A stretch of 62,069 bases of DNA, the filler included, from Sphacelaria rigidula (Eukaryota): the NCBI GenBank assembly GCA_964200075.2. It is 10 parts of 10 records of this genome, joined end to end, with 100 filler letters (N's around TTAATTAATTAA, not from the genome) between each part and the next. Parts side by side here need not be neighbours in the genome. Positions count along the whole stretch, not along the records: positions 6,219 to 12,336 come from CAXNAA020022109.1; positions 12,437 to 18,553 come from CAXNAA020022110.1; positions 18,654 to 24,770 come from CAXNAA020022111.1; 7 more parts are not named here. The stretch is one strand, 5' to 3'. Of the stretch, positions 11,445 through 24,510 are shown one piece after another (position 1 is the stretch's first letter; each line of letters starts with the position of its first letter). The notes beneath the pieces are model-generated. The model saw only the letters and a program-made list of their open reading frames with translations. It was not told the origin of the DNA and searched no databases. A program made the position numbers and the translations under genes.

Positions 11445-14085
11445 ATGCACGCGACCGGTCGTACAATAGAGAAGCTCAATTACAGGATGTCAGCCCCCAT
11501 TTCGGTCACGCCAGCAAGAGTGAAGTCACTCGCACGAGGTATTGTTTCTCAATCTGGATACCAAAAAAGTCTACGCAAGTGTTTGATCTCTCATCCATCG
11601 ATCCCCCCGACTGGAATGTGGCAGATTCTTCTTGTCTTTGTTTCGCAGACATCAGGTGAAATCAACGACTGCAATAATACCCCCCAGCTTCCGATTATTA
11701 GATCTTGCCGCAAAGGCGAAGCCGTCATTGCTCGCATGTGTGTATGTGAGAGAGGACAGTAGCGGTGACCGGAACATCACCCTGCTTTCTGATGAAGTGT
11801 TTTACTGCACAAAGAGGCACTTCCTGTCCAAGCAGAGGGGCAGAGAGAAATCGATATTTGCATTGGTCAGCGCCACAGACAGGAGACGACGACCGGGGCA
11901 TCCCGCAATCTTGTTTCCACGGCTGCGCTGCAACACCCCACCCCCCCACACATGGCAACTTGGTTATGAGCTGGTACTGTAACATGATGCCAATCCGTGC
12001 AGCGATTGGGAATCGCCGAACAAGGACACACGAAGGACACCGGCGACAACCTTCCTCTCCGCCGTTGCTCCTCTAATGATGTCATCAACACGCTCATTCG
12101 GTGCACCACACCAGCGTAACTGCAACAGAAACTCTGCTTGCGAAGGTGCTTTCCCGTGGTGATACTGTTTGGCGTGAATTCTCGATTTGTTTTTTGTCCC
12201 CAGAGGACAGGAAGGAACCTCAAACCATGCACTTCACTATTTCTAGTTTCGTGCAGCGCTTCGAGTCGCTCCACCCGTCAGATATCCCCACCCGAGGGTA
12301 GACATGTCCGGCGAATGTATGGATAGGCACCAAGGTNNNNNNNNNNNNNNNNNNNNNNNNNNNNNNNNNNNNNNNNNNNNTTAATTAATTAANNNNNNNN
12401 NNNNNNNNNNNNNNNNNNNNNNNNNNNNNNNNNNNNTGGTTCGGTGTTTCGTTTTGTTATGTGTTTTTCGTCATTTTTTATACTATTTAGGAAAAAACCA
12501 CATAGTACCCCCCCCCCCCCCCCCCCCCGTCCCGACTCTCCATCCAATGTTCCATTGGTATGGTGGTTTTCGTCCCTTGTCTATGTTCGAAAGAGACGTG
12601 GGTCTCGGCGACCCCACACAGGTGATTGTCTGCTCTCCCCGATGGCACTTTATGGGCGATTAAGCACTTGAACATCAATACTCTACCACAGAGGTTAGTT
12701 CACCACTTGATAGGCGTAGACCTTTCTCGGAAATGTATGATTTCTAACCATCGTCCTATCCCTAAAACTCACCCCCAGCGAAGGCAAAATGTGCATGACA
12801 GAAGCAAGGTGGAGAATAAAAACCAGTAAAAAAGAAAAAACTTCTGTGTTGACCTTCATCCTGTGTGACCAGGGCTAGTGCGCCCACATATACCGAAAGG
12901 TGTAGACCGGCGTCCAGAATAGATGGGACGACAACACACACACACCCTTCGGCAGCAGCTTTACATGTGCCCAGGCATGCACGAACATGTCAGCACACGA
13001 AGCACAAATACGCAGGAAAACAAGAAAAAGGCACATCTTGTGTCGTTATCAGTCACGGAAAGGGCCTCCTTGAGTTTTTTTTTTCAACACTTGTGCTGAG
13101 CACCCGTATCATTTTACCGTCTACCGACGCCTACGAAAAACACGTGAATCTGCCCTCCAGAAACTCGCGAGACTGTTGTTAGCAGGGGAAAATCGAAGTA
13201 GGAAGCGTGGGGATTCAACGGATCCAATCGCCGATCGTTCATCTATACATACCCATGTTCCTCAACCGGCCCAAGGAATAGCCACGTGTAAGATTTTACA
13301 ACAAGAGTATCTGCAAACCGCCAAGTATGATACTGCCGTCTTGAACCTATCCTGTACGGTGCACCCGAGGCTTAAAGGGGAGAAAATCCATGCGCGCAAT
13401 ATGTACGCGGTACCACAGTACTGTTGTAATCGCTACATTTTCAACAAGAAAACTCATCGAGCGTGCATTGGGTGTAGAGTGGGGCTTTTGCATGATTCCG
13501 TAACAGAAGGGGAAAAAATGCGGTTGTGGACGCTCAGCCGTACGGTATTCTCTGGTGGAAGTCTCGTGTTTTTTATCGTTCGCCGCATGGCAGGCCGACC
13601 GATGCTCATTTCAACCAACGCCCAAAATGCGGAATCCGATGCCGCAAACAGCCAACCGTGCGGTATGAAATGGCTAGATATATCAAACAATTGCAGCCGA
13701 AGAGGCAGACGAACACAGGTTCGACGCCGACAGTGAAGAGGCTACATGCCAACGGCACAACTTCAGAAACACCCAAGCTTCAGCTACGGCACTCGACTCT
13801 GCCTGGGCCTGACTGCACCACCTCTTCCAACAGCCGTCCTGAAACTCACGATCGCGATAACATCTTGTGTCGGCTGATCGTTGCACCACCCCCCTCCTTG
13901 CTTTCCTGGCGGACTCGAAACAACGCAATATCGCCACCCTACTGCCCAGGTAAATAAGAACAGTACTATAGGGCCGAGCAAGGCCTGATATCGCTTCATC
14001 ACCCTATTCCACGCCGCTCACGCACACTCCGATCCACGACAGGCAGCGGTGCAACAGAGTGGGCGGCAACGAAAGACCGACGGGA

Positions 14086-14190
14086 GGGGGTGTGGATGAT
14101 GACAGGGGGTAGGTTTCAAACAGCCAGGGGGTAGGTGTACAGTAGTGATGGGGTAGGTTTTGAGTACGCAGGGGGTAGGGTTCAAATCGG
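14086..14190 (+). promoter_or_regulatory. Five GGGGT(A/G)-type motifs at ~20-23 bp spacing upstream of the PDH-E2 start codon
   Basis: Motifs near 14086, 14105, 14127, 14150, 14172; regulatory role inferred from position only. Confidence 0.35.
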
Positions 14191-14340
14191 AACACAAATA
14201 TACAGATGCGCCGAAATCTGGATTTCCACACCTTCCCGATTGAGCCGCACCACCCTGCATCCGTCGAAACAGACTCGTATTTGTTTCAGCGGTCGCTGCT
14301 GGTCTTAAACACTTCAGGCATAGTTGTGAAACACACGGCA

Positions 14341-14521
14341 ATGAGATGGGCGGTTGTAGTACGTCAGGCGGCCGATGTGGCTAAGCGCCGCCAGTTTCAT
14401 TCGATGTCCGTGCTGCAGCGACGGTTATTAGCCGAAGACCGAAGTGCTGCGTTGCTTCCCGGTAGCTGCTGCCTACGGTCGTTCTCGTCTCTGCCTGATC
14501 ACACCGTCGTGGGCATGCCAG
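14341..14521 (+). CDS. DLAT: Exon 1 of mitochondrial pyruvate dehydrogenase E2 (dihydrolipoamide acetyltransferase): transit peptide + start of lipoyl domain
   Basis: MRWAVVVRQAADVAKRRQFHS...CLRSFSSLPDHTVVGMP; Arg/Ser/Ala-rich presequence; phase-1 donor G/GTCTGT at 14522 matches exon 2. Confidence 0.85.
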
Positions 14522-17500
14522 GTCTGTACTTCAGTATCATTGTGTGTTATTCTGTCTCGATCGTTGTGCTCGCTTGTGGGTCACGAGTGCTGTGTTGTGT
14601 TGGGTCTCGTACTCTATTGATGATCGGAGTCTCTTGCCTACTCAACTTAGTCCACGCAAAACGGCAGGAAAGAGCGCAGACATGACAATAAGCAGCAACA
14701 TTGCAGCGTGCAGCGCAGTCAAGCACACCCGGCGCTGGTCTGATACACACTGACTGATGAATTGACGTGTACATTGTACTTCGCTGTCTGTACATGAAGC
14801 CTTTCTAAGTCTCGTGGTGTGCACAGATTTCAACGGGCCAGGTCCATTACATGATTGGACTCAACATCGCATCCCTTGTCAAGAGTCGCAGCAGCACAGG
14901 CGGCTTCGTTTTCCCGTATTGTGCCGGTACTCTGTGTCGGTCCTGCCCGTTCTCGGTATTAGAGAGTTGGTCGCGCACCATCCCACACACGAATTTTGTA
15001 ACAGTTGTACGCGGAGGGGCATGGGCATCTGGTATCCGCCTGCTTGTCTCTGCTGAACTACTGTACCGTGCTGTTGAAATCACAGCACTGTTCTCAGTTT
15101 GCCACGCTTCTCAAGTCCATTGTGTGCATATGTACACAGCAGTACAACAACAGCACAGGGCGAGCTTCGCGTGCAAGGCGGGTACAATACGACCGCTTCC
15201 CATCGCATCCATACCCCCTTGTGGTATGTGTCTCATCTCCTAGTATCTTCTTTGGCCTCTGTCCCCTCTTGTCTGTGAGCGAAACCGGTTAGTTTTAGTA
15301 CAAGCGTTTAGCTTGGGGTAGACCCATGTGGTCCAGTCCATTCCATCTCTTGCCAAGCTGTTCGCCGGATATCACTGCCTCCTGTGTTTGCCTCGGCCGC
15401 AAGAAAACGAAAACTTTGTGGGGCGTAACGAACGTCTTGCATCTACAGTACAGACGATAGTAGTCGTATGGAAGCCAGTGGTGTTGGCATCAAATGTCCG
15501 TCCTGTTGCTCCGTGGGAGTTAGTCGAAATATTCCGAAATTTCATTTTGGTGGAAGTGCGCCACTTGTGGGTGTCGCCACTCCAAAAACATGGCGCCGGA
15601 TATATCAAGTATGGGCGGAATATCGAAGGTGACATTGACTCCAGACAGGAGGCTGGGCAAGCTTTTTGTTGTTCTATGGATTTTTCAATTTTGGGACGTT
15701 TGACCCAGTTTTTGGTCCCCAAACAAAGAATGTTGCCGTCACAAGCCTTGGACACTTCGCGTCACCCCGCCGAAAGGAGTCTAGCCTGCATTTCCATTTC
15801 GCTTGGCAGCGCGGTCTCGAGAATGACCTCTGAACAAAAATCCAACGGGACATGAATTTCCACTGCGATGTAGTACGTTGTGCTTTTGTCCTCTCGAGAA
15901 TCTGAAATATTTATATTACAGTTCCTCAGCACCACATTCGGTTATGCGCAATCCGATTCGTACTTTACTGTAGTCAGGTCGGCAACGATTTGTCCCGATC
16001 CACAAAACGGAGATTGTAATGGGGTCAGGCCGTGTGTATGGCGAACACGCCTTACTGGGCAAGGCAGAGGACCAAAGAAGAGGCCAAACAACCAAGCTGG
16101 AAGGTAGAACAACCCTGTAGCGTACCAAATAACGCCTACAGTGTTACTTTGTTCTATGTGTCCAAGGTATCAGAGTTAGTTTCACGCGGAGGTACGATGA
16201 TATCTCTTCTTGATTTCTTGATCCTGATCTCCTAAGCACTCTCATTACTCAATCTCTCTCGCTCAATCACTCAGTCTCACCGAGATGTGAGAGTTTCCTT
16301 GGTCTGGATTGAGCGTAGTGAGCTGAGGGGGGACACAGCTTGCACTTCTATCCCTGCTATATACAAGTTCACACTCGTGTCTGACCAACTCCAAACAGAC
16401 CTGCAGTCTTTGAAAATCGCCTGGAATGAAATATAAAGCCGGACTCATCGACGGGTCTGAGGCAGCATGGCAACAGGCTAATTTGATCCTCATGACAAGA
16501 TGCCGCTACGCTCTGGTCCCTAACATCAAGACGCCACATGATGACGTGCGGGTGTGTGTGCCGGAAAGGCTCATCACACATAGTCGAATCATTTGGGCCT
16601 GCGGGGCAACCAGCAGCGGGCTACAGCACAATTTATTGGTCGTTGGGCTTTTCGGCCCTTTCGGCAAGGTGCAAATCGACAACAGGGGATGTTTGGGGCT
16701 GTTCAGCGTATCCTCTGCGGAGTCCGCGGTGCGGTCACCATTGGACAAAAAAGGGTATGCACGTAGAAATCAATCAAACGTGGACATACGAGGGTGAGCA
16801 AATGAACAAAATAGGGCATGATATAATTTTCTAGCTAAGAGTCGGGTGAAGCCTGCTGTTTTGAGGGCAAAATTGAGTGCTGTAACACGCTCGCCTTTTC
16901 TGCGATCTGGGCGAGCCTGTCGTAAAAAGGTATCTCGACCAAGTAAGAACTCCCAATACAGTTTTATTCAACCTAGTCTCCACATGCTTCTTCAAGTCGT
17001 AGTAAACGCCATGAGCTCGGGCATCTAACGAGGGAAGAAAATGAAATCGGTCACTATATGAACTCAAATTATAGCCCCAGCCGTGGTATTTCCGCGATGT
17101 GGGATTGTGGCGTCCCCGGATTTCCACTGTTGATATGCACAAAGACCGAGAAACCCCCATGACGGTTCCTGTTTATATGTCGTAGAAAAGCTCCGACCGC
17201 CCGCAAACTTGGCTGTTCGGTAGGAATGGTGCTCCGAATAAATACATGAATGTTGAAAAACATGTCAACGAATGTCCGGTGCTTGTCGGCTGACGGGGAT
17301 CTTCCCTCAGGGACCCCCGGAAGCCGTTAAATAATGCCTCAAAATTAAAGCGTTAGTGTGCACGCGTCCTGGGGTAGTGCAAGAAACATTTTACAATTTT
17401 TCGTTCCGTAACTCGAAAAACTGATGCAGTGGGATCGTTGTAACAGTAGACATACCCGAAAAGTCGTTTCGATACTAAATCAAGTTGTTATGATTTCGTA

Positions 17501-17586
17501 CCTTCGAAGCTCATTCCATCGCACAAAGGCGCAAATACTCACACCACTTCTTGGAGTTGGACTCTGACAAATTGCAAGCATGCAGT

Positions 17587-17767
17587 ATGGGGCATTGCAA
17601 AAATTTCGAAGAACCGTGTTTCTCGAGTTTTTCATATCCCCGGTTATCGGGATTCTCAGGGTCCTGGCGAGTCGTAAGCCCTGCACATGCCTTTCTGGGA
17701 CCCCCGATAATCGTCGAAATACGAAGATTAAAAAAACACCAATATTCGAAAGTTTCGCAATATCCAT
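17587..17767. repeat. Degenerate inverted repeat (old MITE core) in DLAT intron 1
   Basis: ATGGGGCATTGCAAAAATTTCGAAG...TTATCGGGATTCTCAG pairs imperfectly with CTGGGACCCCCGATAA...TTCGAAAGTTTCGCAATATCCAT. Confidence 0.55.
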
Positions 17768-17918
17768 ATTCCAAGAATTGGCTTAAGCATTTGGGGATGA
17801 ACGGATTTCGGTACATGGCTTGGGCGCGCCTGAAATCGTAGCCCATCTGCGCCTTTGTTGATCCCTCACCCCGCTACACACGCCGGTCTGCTTCTCGTAT
17901 ACTTTTGCGCTCGCCTAG

Positions 17919-18025
17919 CTCTATCGCCGACGATGACACACGGAAACATGGGGAAGTGGGAGAAGCAGCCTGGTGATGAGATCGCGGCCGGGGATGTAGT
18001 ATGTGAGGTGGAGACGGACAAAGCG
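17919..18025 (+). CDS. DLAT: Exon 2 of PDH E2, lipoyl domain
   Basis: TAG acceptor; spliced reading [38 protein letters not shown] with the lipoyl-lysine ETDKA motif; GTGAGT donor at 18026. An E3-binding-protein paralogue cannot be excluded from two exons. Confidence 0.9.
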
Positions 18026-18890
18026 GTGAGTCTCGCCTCATCTCATCCTTGTGATGTGGGACATTTGCTGCCCGAGCGTATTACCGTACGTGCTTCGTTG
18101 AACCGCGTGTTTTTTCTTTTCTTACCCCGCGTTCCGCTGCCCATGCCCCAACTTTTTGAAAGTAGTGCATGTGCTGATCTCAATGCCTCGCCGCAGCAGT
18201 TTGTTGAAGAAGGTTTGTATTGACGGGTGAGCTTTTACCACGTCTCGTTTTGAACCCTTGGTGGTATGGCCAACCATGGTAACTGCAGTAAGTCGTTGCA
18301 TGTGCGGATTTTATTGCCGGCTGAAGCATGCGTCAAGATGTCCTTCTGCGTGTAGGATCGTCGGGACAAAAGTTTCAAAGACTTCGCACGGCTCGTAGCC
18401 TATACACTATGTCCGCTCCATGGTTTTCATCTCGATTAGCGTGTCCAGCCTCCGCCTCACCCTGGGACGCATACATTTTTGTTTGATCTATACATTTCAT
18501 GTCAATGCCTCGATCCAACCCCCCACCACACCCGCACAGCCCCCACCCACCCCNNNNNNNNNNNNNNNNNNNNNNNNNNNNNNNNNNNNNNNNNNNNTTA
18601 ATTAATTAANNNNNNNNNNNNNNNNNNNNNNNNNNNNNNNNNNNNNNNNNNNNTGATGACTATGGCAAGCATGATCATGAGTACACCCCCCTATCGTAGG
18701 ATGACTCTGCATTTTTACTCATCTCTTGTTGGAACTCCTGCTATTCCCCTTTTATTTACAGTTTGTCTATTCTCCATTATTTGTACAGCTTCCTACCGCG
18801 CCTATTTGTGTTGCTCTCGTCTGCCGTCTGTCTGTTCATATTAGACAATGATCTGCAGCTCCTACGTCCGCCGCGCGTGCACGTATAATA

Positions 18891-19416
18891 CCCCACGTTT
18901 GAAATAGGCCCAGCCCAAGTTGAGATTTTTCTCGCGTGCACTCCTCGATAGTCGTCGCATTTTGCCAGTGTCGATAGATTTTGGTAAAGGGAAGATATCT
19001 TCTTCCCCCCCTAGTGCCCAAGTTAGTGATTGTCGATGACATCGGACGATACGAGAAAATACCCCATTTATCAGGAGAGTGTTATTGATCGTGAAACACA
19101 GTCATTCGGCTCTAGTTCTTGAAGTAGGTAGAAATTGAAAAACTATGCTTTTTTATTTCTATGCAAATGCGATCGGGACAGGCTCGACCGACCGAAAATA
19201 CAGAAGAATCAGGGCTGACAGGGGGCAGGACCCCCGATGACCGGTCAGCCCGTAAGCCACTCAACATTGAGTACAGATGTTTTTTCTCTGGGGATATGGA
19301 GCGGATACTAGTACAGTATCTTGAGGTATCAATGTGATGAGCGGTGGCAAGCGAAAGAACCTCAGAAAATAGCCGATGACGAAGAAATCACCAAATTTCC
19401 CACTTTGAACGTGGGG
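18891..19416. mobile_element. Tc1/mariner-type (TA TSD) MITE, 526 bp
   Basis: TA-CCCCACGTT...AACGTGGGG-TA; removing it rejoins the LINE frame (GTRSAS/IIRARAADVG). Confidence 0.75.
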
Positions 19417-19485
19417 TACTTGCACTTCTGGTCCCTTGCCTTTTCTACATTGCAGTCAGGAGGGAGCTTTCTACCTTTTGTATGC

Positions 19486-19732
19486 GACACTTTCTACGAT
19501 AGACCGACCCAAAAGAGTGCATGGTTTTGGGAGGCAAACTCTTCACGTAAATCGAAATGGGAAAAGCCGAACACAACGAGCAGCTGGAAATTCCCGCGCT
19601 TGGGTTCTTTCTAGCCAATGTCGCCAATACGAGACGCTTCATGCAGCCTGAATTCAAACATCAGGCGCTGATGGCCATTTTTTTCGTGACAGTTTTGGGC
19701 TGGTTTGGGGGGGAGCTATCATAGAAAGTATC
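19486..19732. mobile_element. MITE family E with 4-bp TSD ATGC
   Basis: GACACTTTCTACGATAG...CTATCATAGAAAGTATC; ATGC at 19482-19485 and 19733-19736; removal restores WARQCIQK. Confidence 0.9.
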
Positions 19733-20587
19733 ATGCATTGCCTAGCCCATTGCGGTTGTGGCTTTTAACTCCATTGTTCGATGTCGCCACACCGTTGTCC
19801 TTAAGTAGCCTCAAAATCTCCGCCCCATTCGTATTCTTCTCCGTTTCCCTGCTCTGCCCAACGTCATTGTTCGGTTGGCTTGCTGCCCCAATCCTTGCAT
19901 CAACGTGTCCGACCAATATCACGTCTCCTTGCCTTTATATTTATGTCCACCTGCTACTATATCTGAGAACTCCCCCTGTATATATGTTACCGGAAGCTTC
20001 GACCCTGGGGGCATATATATGTCCCTCAACGAAAAACCTTTTGTCCCCCGTTATCTTAGTAGCCTTATCCATATGCTATGGTCGAAGTCCGTGATTTTTA
20101 TCACTTCTAGAACCTCACGTGGGTATTCCCTGACTAAGGATCTTATTCCTCCGGCTCCCCTGCTCTTACGTTTCTGGCCCTTCCTCTCTTTCCCCATCCA
20201 TGCGTACTCTCAAACTTTGCATCGTTTCCCCGCCCCATCGCTCTCCCATGACGTTTGGATTCTCCATATATCTAGGTCGGGTTTACTTACTCGTTCGGCT
20301 ATCCCTATTATTTCGCGATCTTCCGTGGTGAATCCACACATATTTTACGATCCGATTGTCGCTTTCTTTTGGATTCACTACCCACCCCCCGCTTGTGTAG
20401 TCCTCTCTGTGTCGTTTTTCCTTATGATCTCCATTTTTTCATTTTTAATTGCATTTACGATTGTTTCTTGTATGGTTTATGTGGGCTGCTGTTTCCCCCC
20501 CCTTTCCTTCCGGGCATTTACTTCTCCCTGCTTCCCCTTTCCTCAGGTTACCCGAGGGCTACGCCTTAGGTTCGCTCTCCCATTAGC

Positions 20588-20839
20588 GACACTTTCTACG
20601 ATTGCCCCCTCCTCGAAAACCAGCCCAAACCTGTCACGAAGAAAATGGTCATACAGCGCCTGATTTTTTGCTTCAGGCTGCATGAAGCGGCTCATATGGG
20701 CGACATTGGCGAGAACGAACTCAGGGGTGGAAATTCCCAGCTACTCGTTGTGCTCGGTGTTTTCCGTTTTGATTTACGTGAAGATTTTGCCCCCCCAAGC
20801 CAGCCTCTTCTCTGGGGGGAAACTATCGTAGAAAGCGTC
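20588..20839. mobile_element. MITE family E, opposite orientation
   Basis: TIRs GACACTTTCTACGAT / ATCGTAGAAAGCGTC; flanks TAGC/TGGC. Confidence 0.85.
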
Positions 20840-20869
20840 TGGCTATACGTCAGTTTCGTTTTGTCTTTT

Positions 20870-20946
20870 GGGTACGTCTATCATATGACCACGGCTGAAT
20901 CACTGGGGGGTCAGTTAAAGTGCGACAATCAATCAATTAGTCAAAT
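20870..20946 (+). mobile_element. LINE 3' terminus (family C)
   Basis: GGGTACGTCTATCATATGACCACGG...GGGGGGTCAGTTAAAGTGCGACAATCAATCAAT. Confidence 0.75.
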
Positions 20947-21779
20947 ACATCATACACACTCTTCACGCTGCCCTCTAAGCCGTGCCGGCACTTTCACTCG
21001 TCTCGATCCTCTCTCGCTCCCTGCTTGCCTGACCCTAGTAGTTGCTGCGGGTCCGGTGTCTTTCAACTTTTTTACTGGCTCGCCGACACTAAATGATGCC
21101 TTCGACACGAGATCGTAGCCTGAAACCACGTTCAACACCATTGACACAAGTACCTCACATTTGTGCCAGGCGATCTGCATGGTATACCCATCCAGGCGTC
21201 CCACGATCGTGTCTCATATCCTCTTCCCTCACTGTTCTCGTTGCTTTTGTCCTGGGAGGTCACTTTTACCGTGTAAGCTTCGAGGATGACTTACATTACA
21301 CGAAGTGTTCCTCACACATCGGAATGTCCCGTACATCACTCCTTCCCATTCCTTGTACGGTTCATCATGGGTTTCCACTACACTAATGCCCCCGAGTAGA
21401 CCTTCGATGTCAAAAGCTTGGCCGACGATTCGCCTCATTCTTGTGCCTGGTTTTATTCTGCAAGATCTTAAGATATCTACGTACTGCTTTGTGCTCCTTC
21501 TTTCTGGTCATGTGGTCGGTCCCTGGCAAAGTGTTTGCTCCATGAGTACAGTAGCTCTCAGCGTATTTGACGCCGGTGCACCTATTGTCGAGGATTTGAA
21601 GATGTAGTTCCCGGATGTTTCACCACGAGACCCAACCGTCATACGAACTCAACAGGTCGGGGTGACCTTGTTGTTCTATCTGTACTTGTTGATGTCCATC
21701 TTTTTTGTGTGTCGATTTATGTGTAAGGGGGTCAACCAGCAAGCTATTACTTACATGTCTGGGTTTTCATCGTTGCTTT

Positions 21780-22200
21780 ACACTTTATTCGACGTCTGTA
21801 TTCCGTCTGTGTTCCGGATATACAGAGAAAAAGAAACGTTAGCTTCGTTACTTTATGTCTATGTCGGGGCTGTGCCCTGGGAGTGCAAAGAAAAAGATTG
21901 TTCACTTCGTGTTTTTATGTCTACATCCGGGCTGTATTCTAGTTCGTGTAAAGAAAATATGGCAAGCTTCGCTACTTCACATGTACATCCAATCTGTCAT
22001 CTGGTAGCGCAAGGGCAAAATTGGCGAGCTTAGTTATTTTATGTCTCTGTTCAGGACATATTTTGGTAGTGTTGAGAAAAAAATAGTTAGCTGTGTTATT
22101 CCATGTTTATATCCGGTCTGTGTTTCAATATGGGAAACAAAAAATGGCTATTTGAGTATTTTCATGTCTAGCGTCGGTGTCTGGTTTATGTATGGTGACA
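21780..22200 (+). repeat. Degenerate ~62-bp tandem repeat, ~7 units
   Basis: AGCTTCGTTA-like starts near 21841, 21903, 21965, 22028, 22089, each followed by ATGTCT...CCGG...A-rich end. Confidence 0.6.
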
Positions 22201-24155
22201 ATCTGTCAATTGCGTGTCGAGGTTCTGGTGGCTTGTTTTTACAGCATCGTTGCCAATCGACGTCAACCTAGGAGTCTCGAGAGGGGGGCGGGGGTACTTT
22301 TTTGCATGATACGTGAGTTAGCCTGCGGGGTGATGATCGATCGTCGTAAATTTCACATCAAATTTGATTTCGTTGATGTGCGTAATTTTGTTTTTGTTGA
22401 CGGCGGGGCATTTTCTCCGCGCATGCGACTGGAGCGAGTCATTATTGCAAGTTGTACTCAAACATCTAGTACGGCTCAAATAGATCCACTGGTGGCACCT
22501 CTATCATCTAGACAGCTAGATAACCGACCTGGTCTGGAAGTACTGTGAGCGGGCGGTGTGTCTATCCTCTACAAAATAGAACTAACCGAACTGTGCTATT
22601 GGCCCTCCCCACCTTTCAAATCCAAGTAGAAAACGTACGAAATTCAGACGCTTGGAGGTCTAGAGGCATGTTCCAGCTTCGACATATGTTTCCCGTTCTA
22701 AACGCCGCGAAAACGGTTGTTTACTCACGAAGTCAACAGGTTGAGGCCGGAGCGAGTGATCATGTTCTGATTCAGAGACCGACGCGACTTGACTTGTTCG
22801 CTGAATGATACATGCATCCCGTCATGGCGCAAAGCAAATGACCACACAAATCCTTAGTAGCCACATTTGCGATCGCCGATGGTGTTCGCAAGTACAAAAT
22901 ATGTATCATGTTGAACGTGGAAGCATACTACAAACTTATGCACCCCTCATGCAGCACTGCAGAATACATTCTGCGTGGCATTTATTTTCGGCCGGTCATC
23001 CGCATTCCAAACTTGGTAGTTTCTTGCGTGGTTATACCTGTGGTCGGTGGTGCATGTTTTCGTGCAAAATAGATTTCGTTGGATCAGGGTAATTGTGGGA
23101 TCAATTCAATTCCCTTCATCGTTTGCTATTTCCGTTGTGTGGAGTGCTGAAACACCATACTCGAGATTTTCTTGTTCAGAGATGTGCGTGTTCTCAAGCA
23201 GCTCTACGAAACTACCTTGACGAGTACGATTTCGCGATCACCCTCTCCATTCGTGCCTACCATTTACTTGCACTGACCAGAAAACAAACGCAGGAAGGTA
23301 AACGTGAGGGTACACGACATCGTCAGGATCGCACATTGTGAACACAAAAAGCGCGCCACAAAGTTCAACATCGTAGGACCGTTGATCATAGTCTTGGTGA
23401 TATTTGTCATCGCCACCGACTTCTTCGCATAGGTTGTGTTTCTACCGCTGGAGTCGGAAACTGCACCATTTTCTGCCTTGCAGACGACTGCTTCTCTTCT
23501 GCCACTGAGGCAGACACTCTCGCCTCCATTTTCGGGAGGAGCCTTGATTTCCATACTGAGTGGTGGAGTGCGCGCGTTTGATGACCTTGACCTTGATCCG
23601 CTGCCCAAATGATTTTGATCATTTCGCTGAGAAACGTGATCAATGTATGTTGTGACTGCATTAGTTTACATCCGATGAAAGATACCTGGCAACTGACTGG
23701 GTAGTGATGGTAGACGTGGTTAACGGTCACGATGATCCGGGCATTTCGGTCCTCCTTGTGCAAGGATCATCATCATCCATCCTTAGTTTGGCACCTGGCC
23801 GTGCAGGTTGTCGCTCCCATGTGAACTTCTGACACTACTTGAATCTTTGAATCTTTGAATCTTGAATCCCCTCTTGTTTTCGATTTTATACATCGTACCC
23901 GACTGTTGATCATCTCACTGTGAAATTGACGGCCGCCGGCTGCCGATCTTCCCTCCCGGTGAAGGCCTCACAAAGCTGAAGGCGTTCACGGCTTGAAGCA
24001 TCACCCGAACGTTGGACCCGGGGTCGCCACTCGTTCGCACAAGCAAAAAATCTGGCTTTCTCACCTGTCCGGTGTCCACCAGAAGTACAACGATTGCGTC
24101 AGGGGGGAGCGCGGAAAAAAAATCGGACACGTAGGGCCTCCCCCTCCCCCCCCTC

Positions 24156-24510
24156 CCGGAGGGCATTTTTCGAAAATTGTCATGATTTTTGCGATTTTGT
24201 TTTGCCAACTTTGTCGCAAGGTGTTGATCGATAAACACTGTTTAGATATTTTATGTTGATTTTGTTACAAAAAATTGATCAATAAACGCTGACAAAAACC
24301 GAAAAGTCTAGTGGGCTTTGTGGGGTTCGTATATCTGCTTGTGCTTCTTGCCCGTTCTGTCCCGATAACCTCAGATGCCGGAGGGCATTTTTTCGACAAT
24401 TGAAATTATCCGAATTTTTTTGGATATTTTCTGTTAACTTTGTTTCCAGAAATTGATCAATGAACATTGACAAATCCGAAAAGTTTGGTGGGCCTTGCGG
24501 GGTGCGTGTT
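24156..24510 (+). repeat. Imperfect direct duplication, ~222-bp offset
   Basis: CCGGAGGGCATTTTT at 24156 and 24378; TTGATCAAT...TGACAAA...CCGAAAAGT...GTGGGC in both. Confidence 0.7.

Larger units (their letters stand above)
18700..20360 (-). pseudogene. Decayed LINE ORF2 apurinic-like endonuclease region, interrupted by two MITEs
   Basis: Frameshifted motifs in correct order: LDIWRIQTSWE, RGAGG, SIWIRL, IYMPP, ILVGHVDARIG (GDFNAR-like), KNTNGAEIL, QWARQCIQK, DVGAADHCLI (SDH-like), RRGRKLYK*WRIDKL. Confidence 0.8.

Noticed and set aside
13454..14002. Divergent gene upstream of DLAT
   Set aside because: No consistent frame, splice pattern or domain
19875..20663. 262-aa hydrophobic + strand ORF
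   Set aside because: Antisense shadow of the purine-rich LINE relic; likewise most short ORFs in the track are chance or low-complexity products
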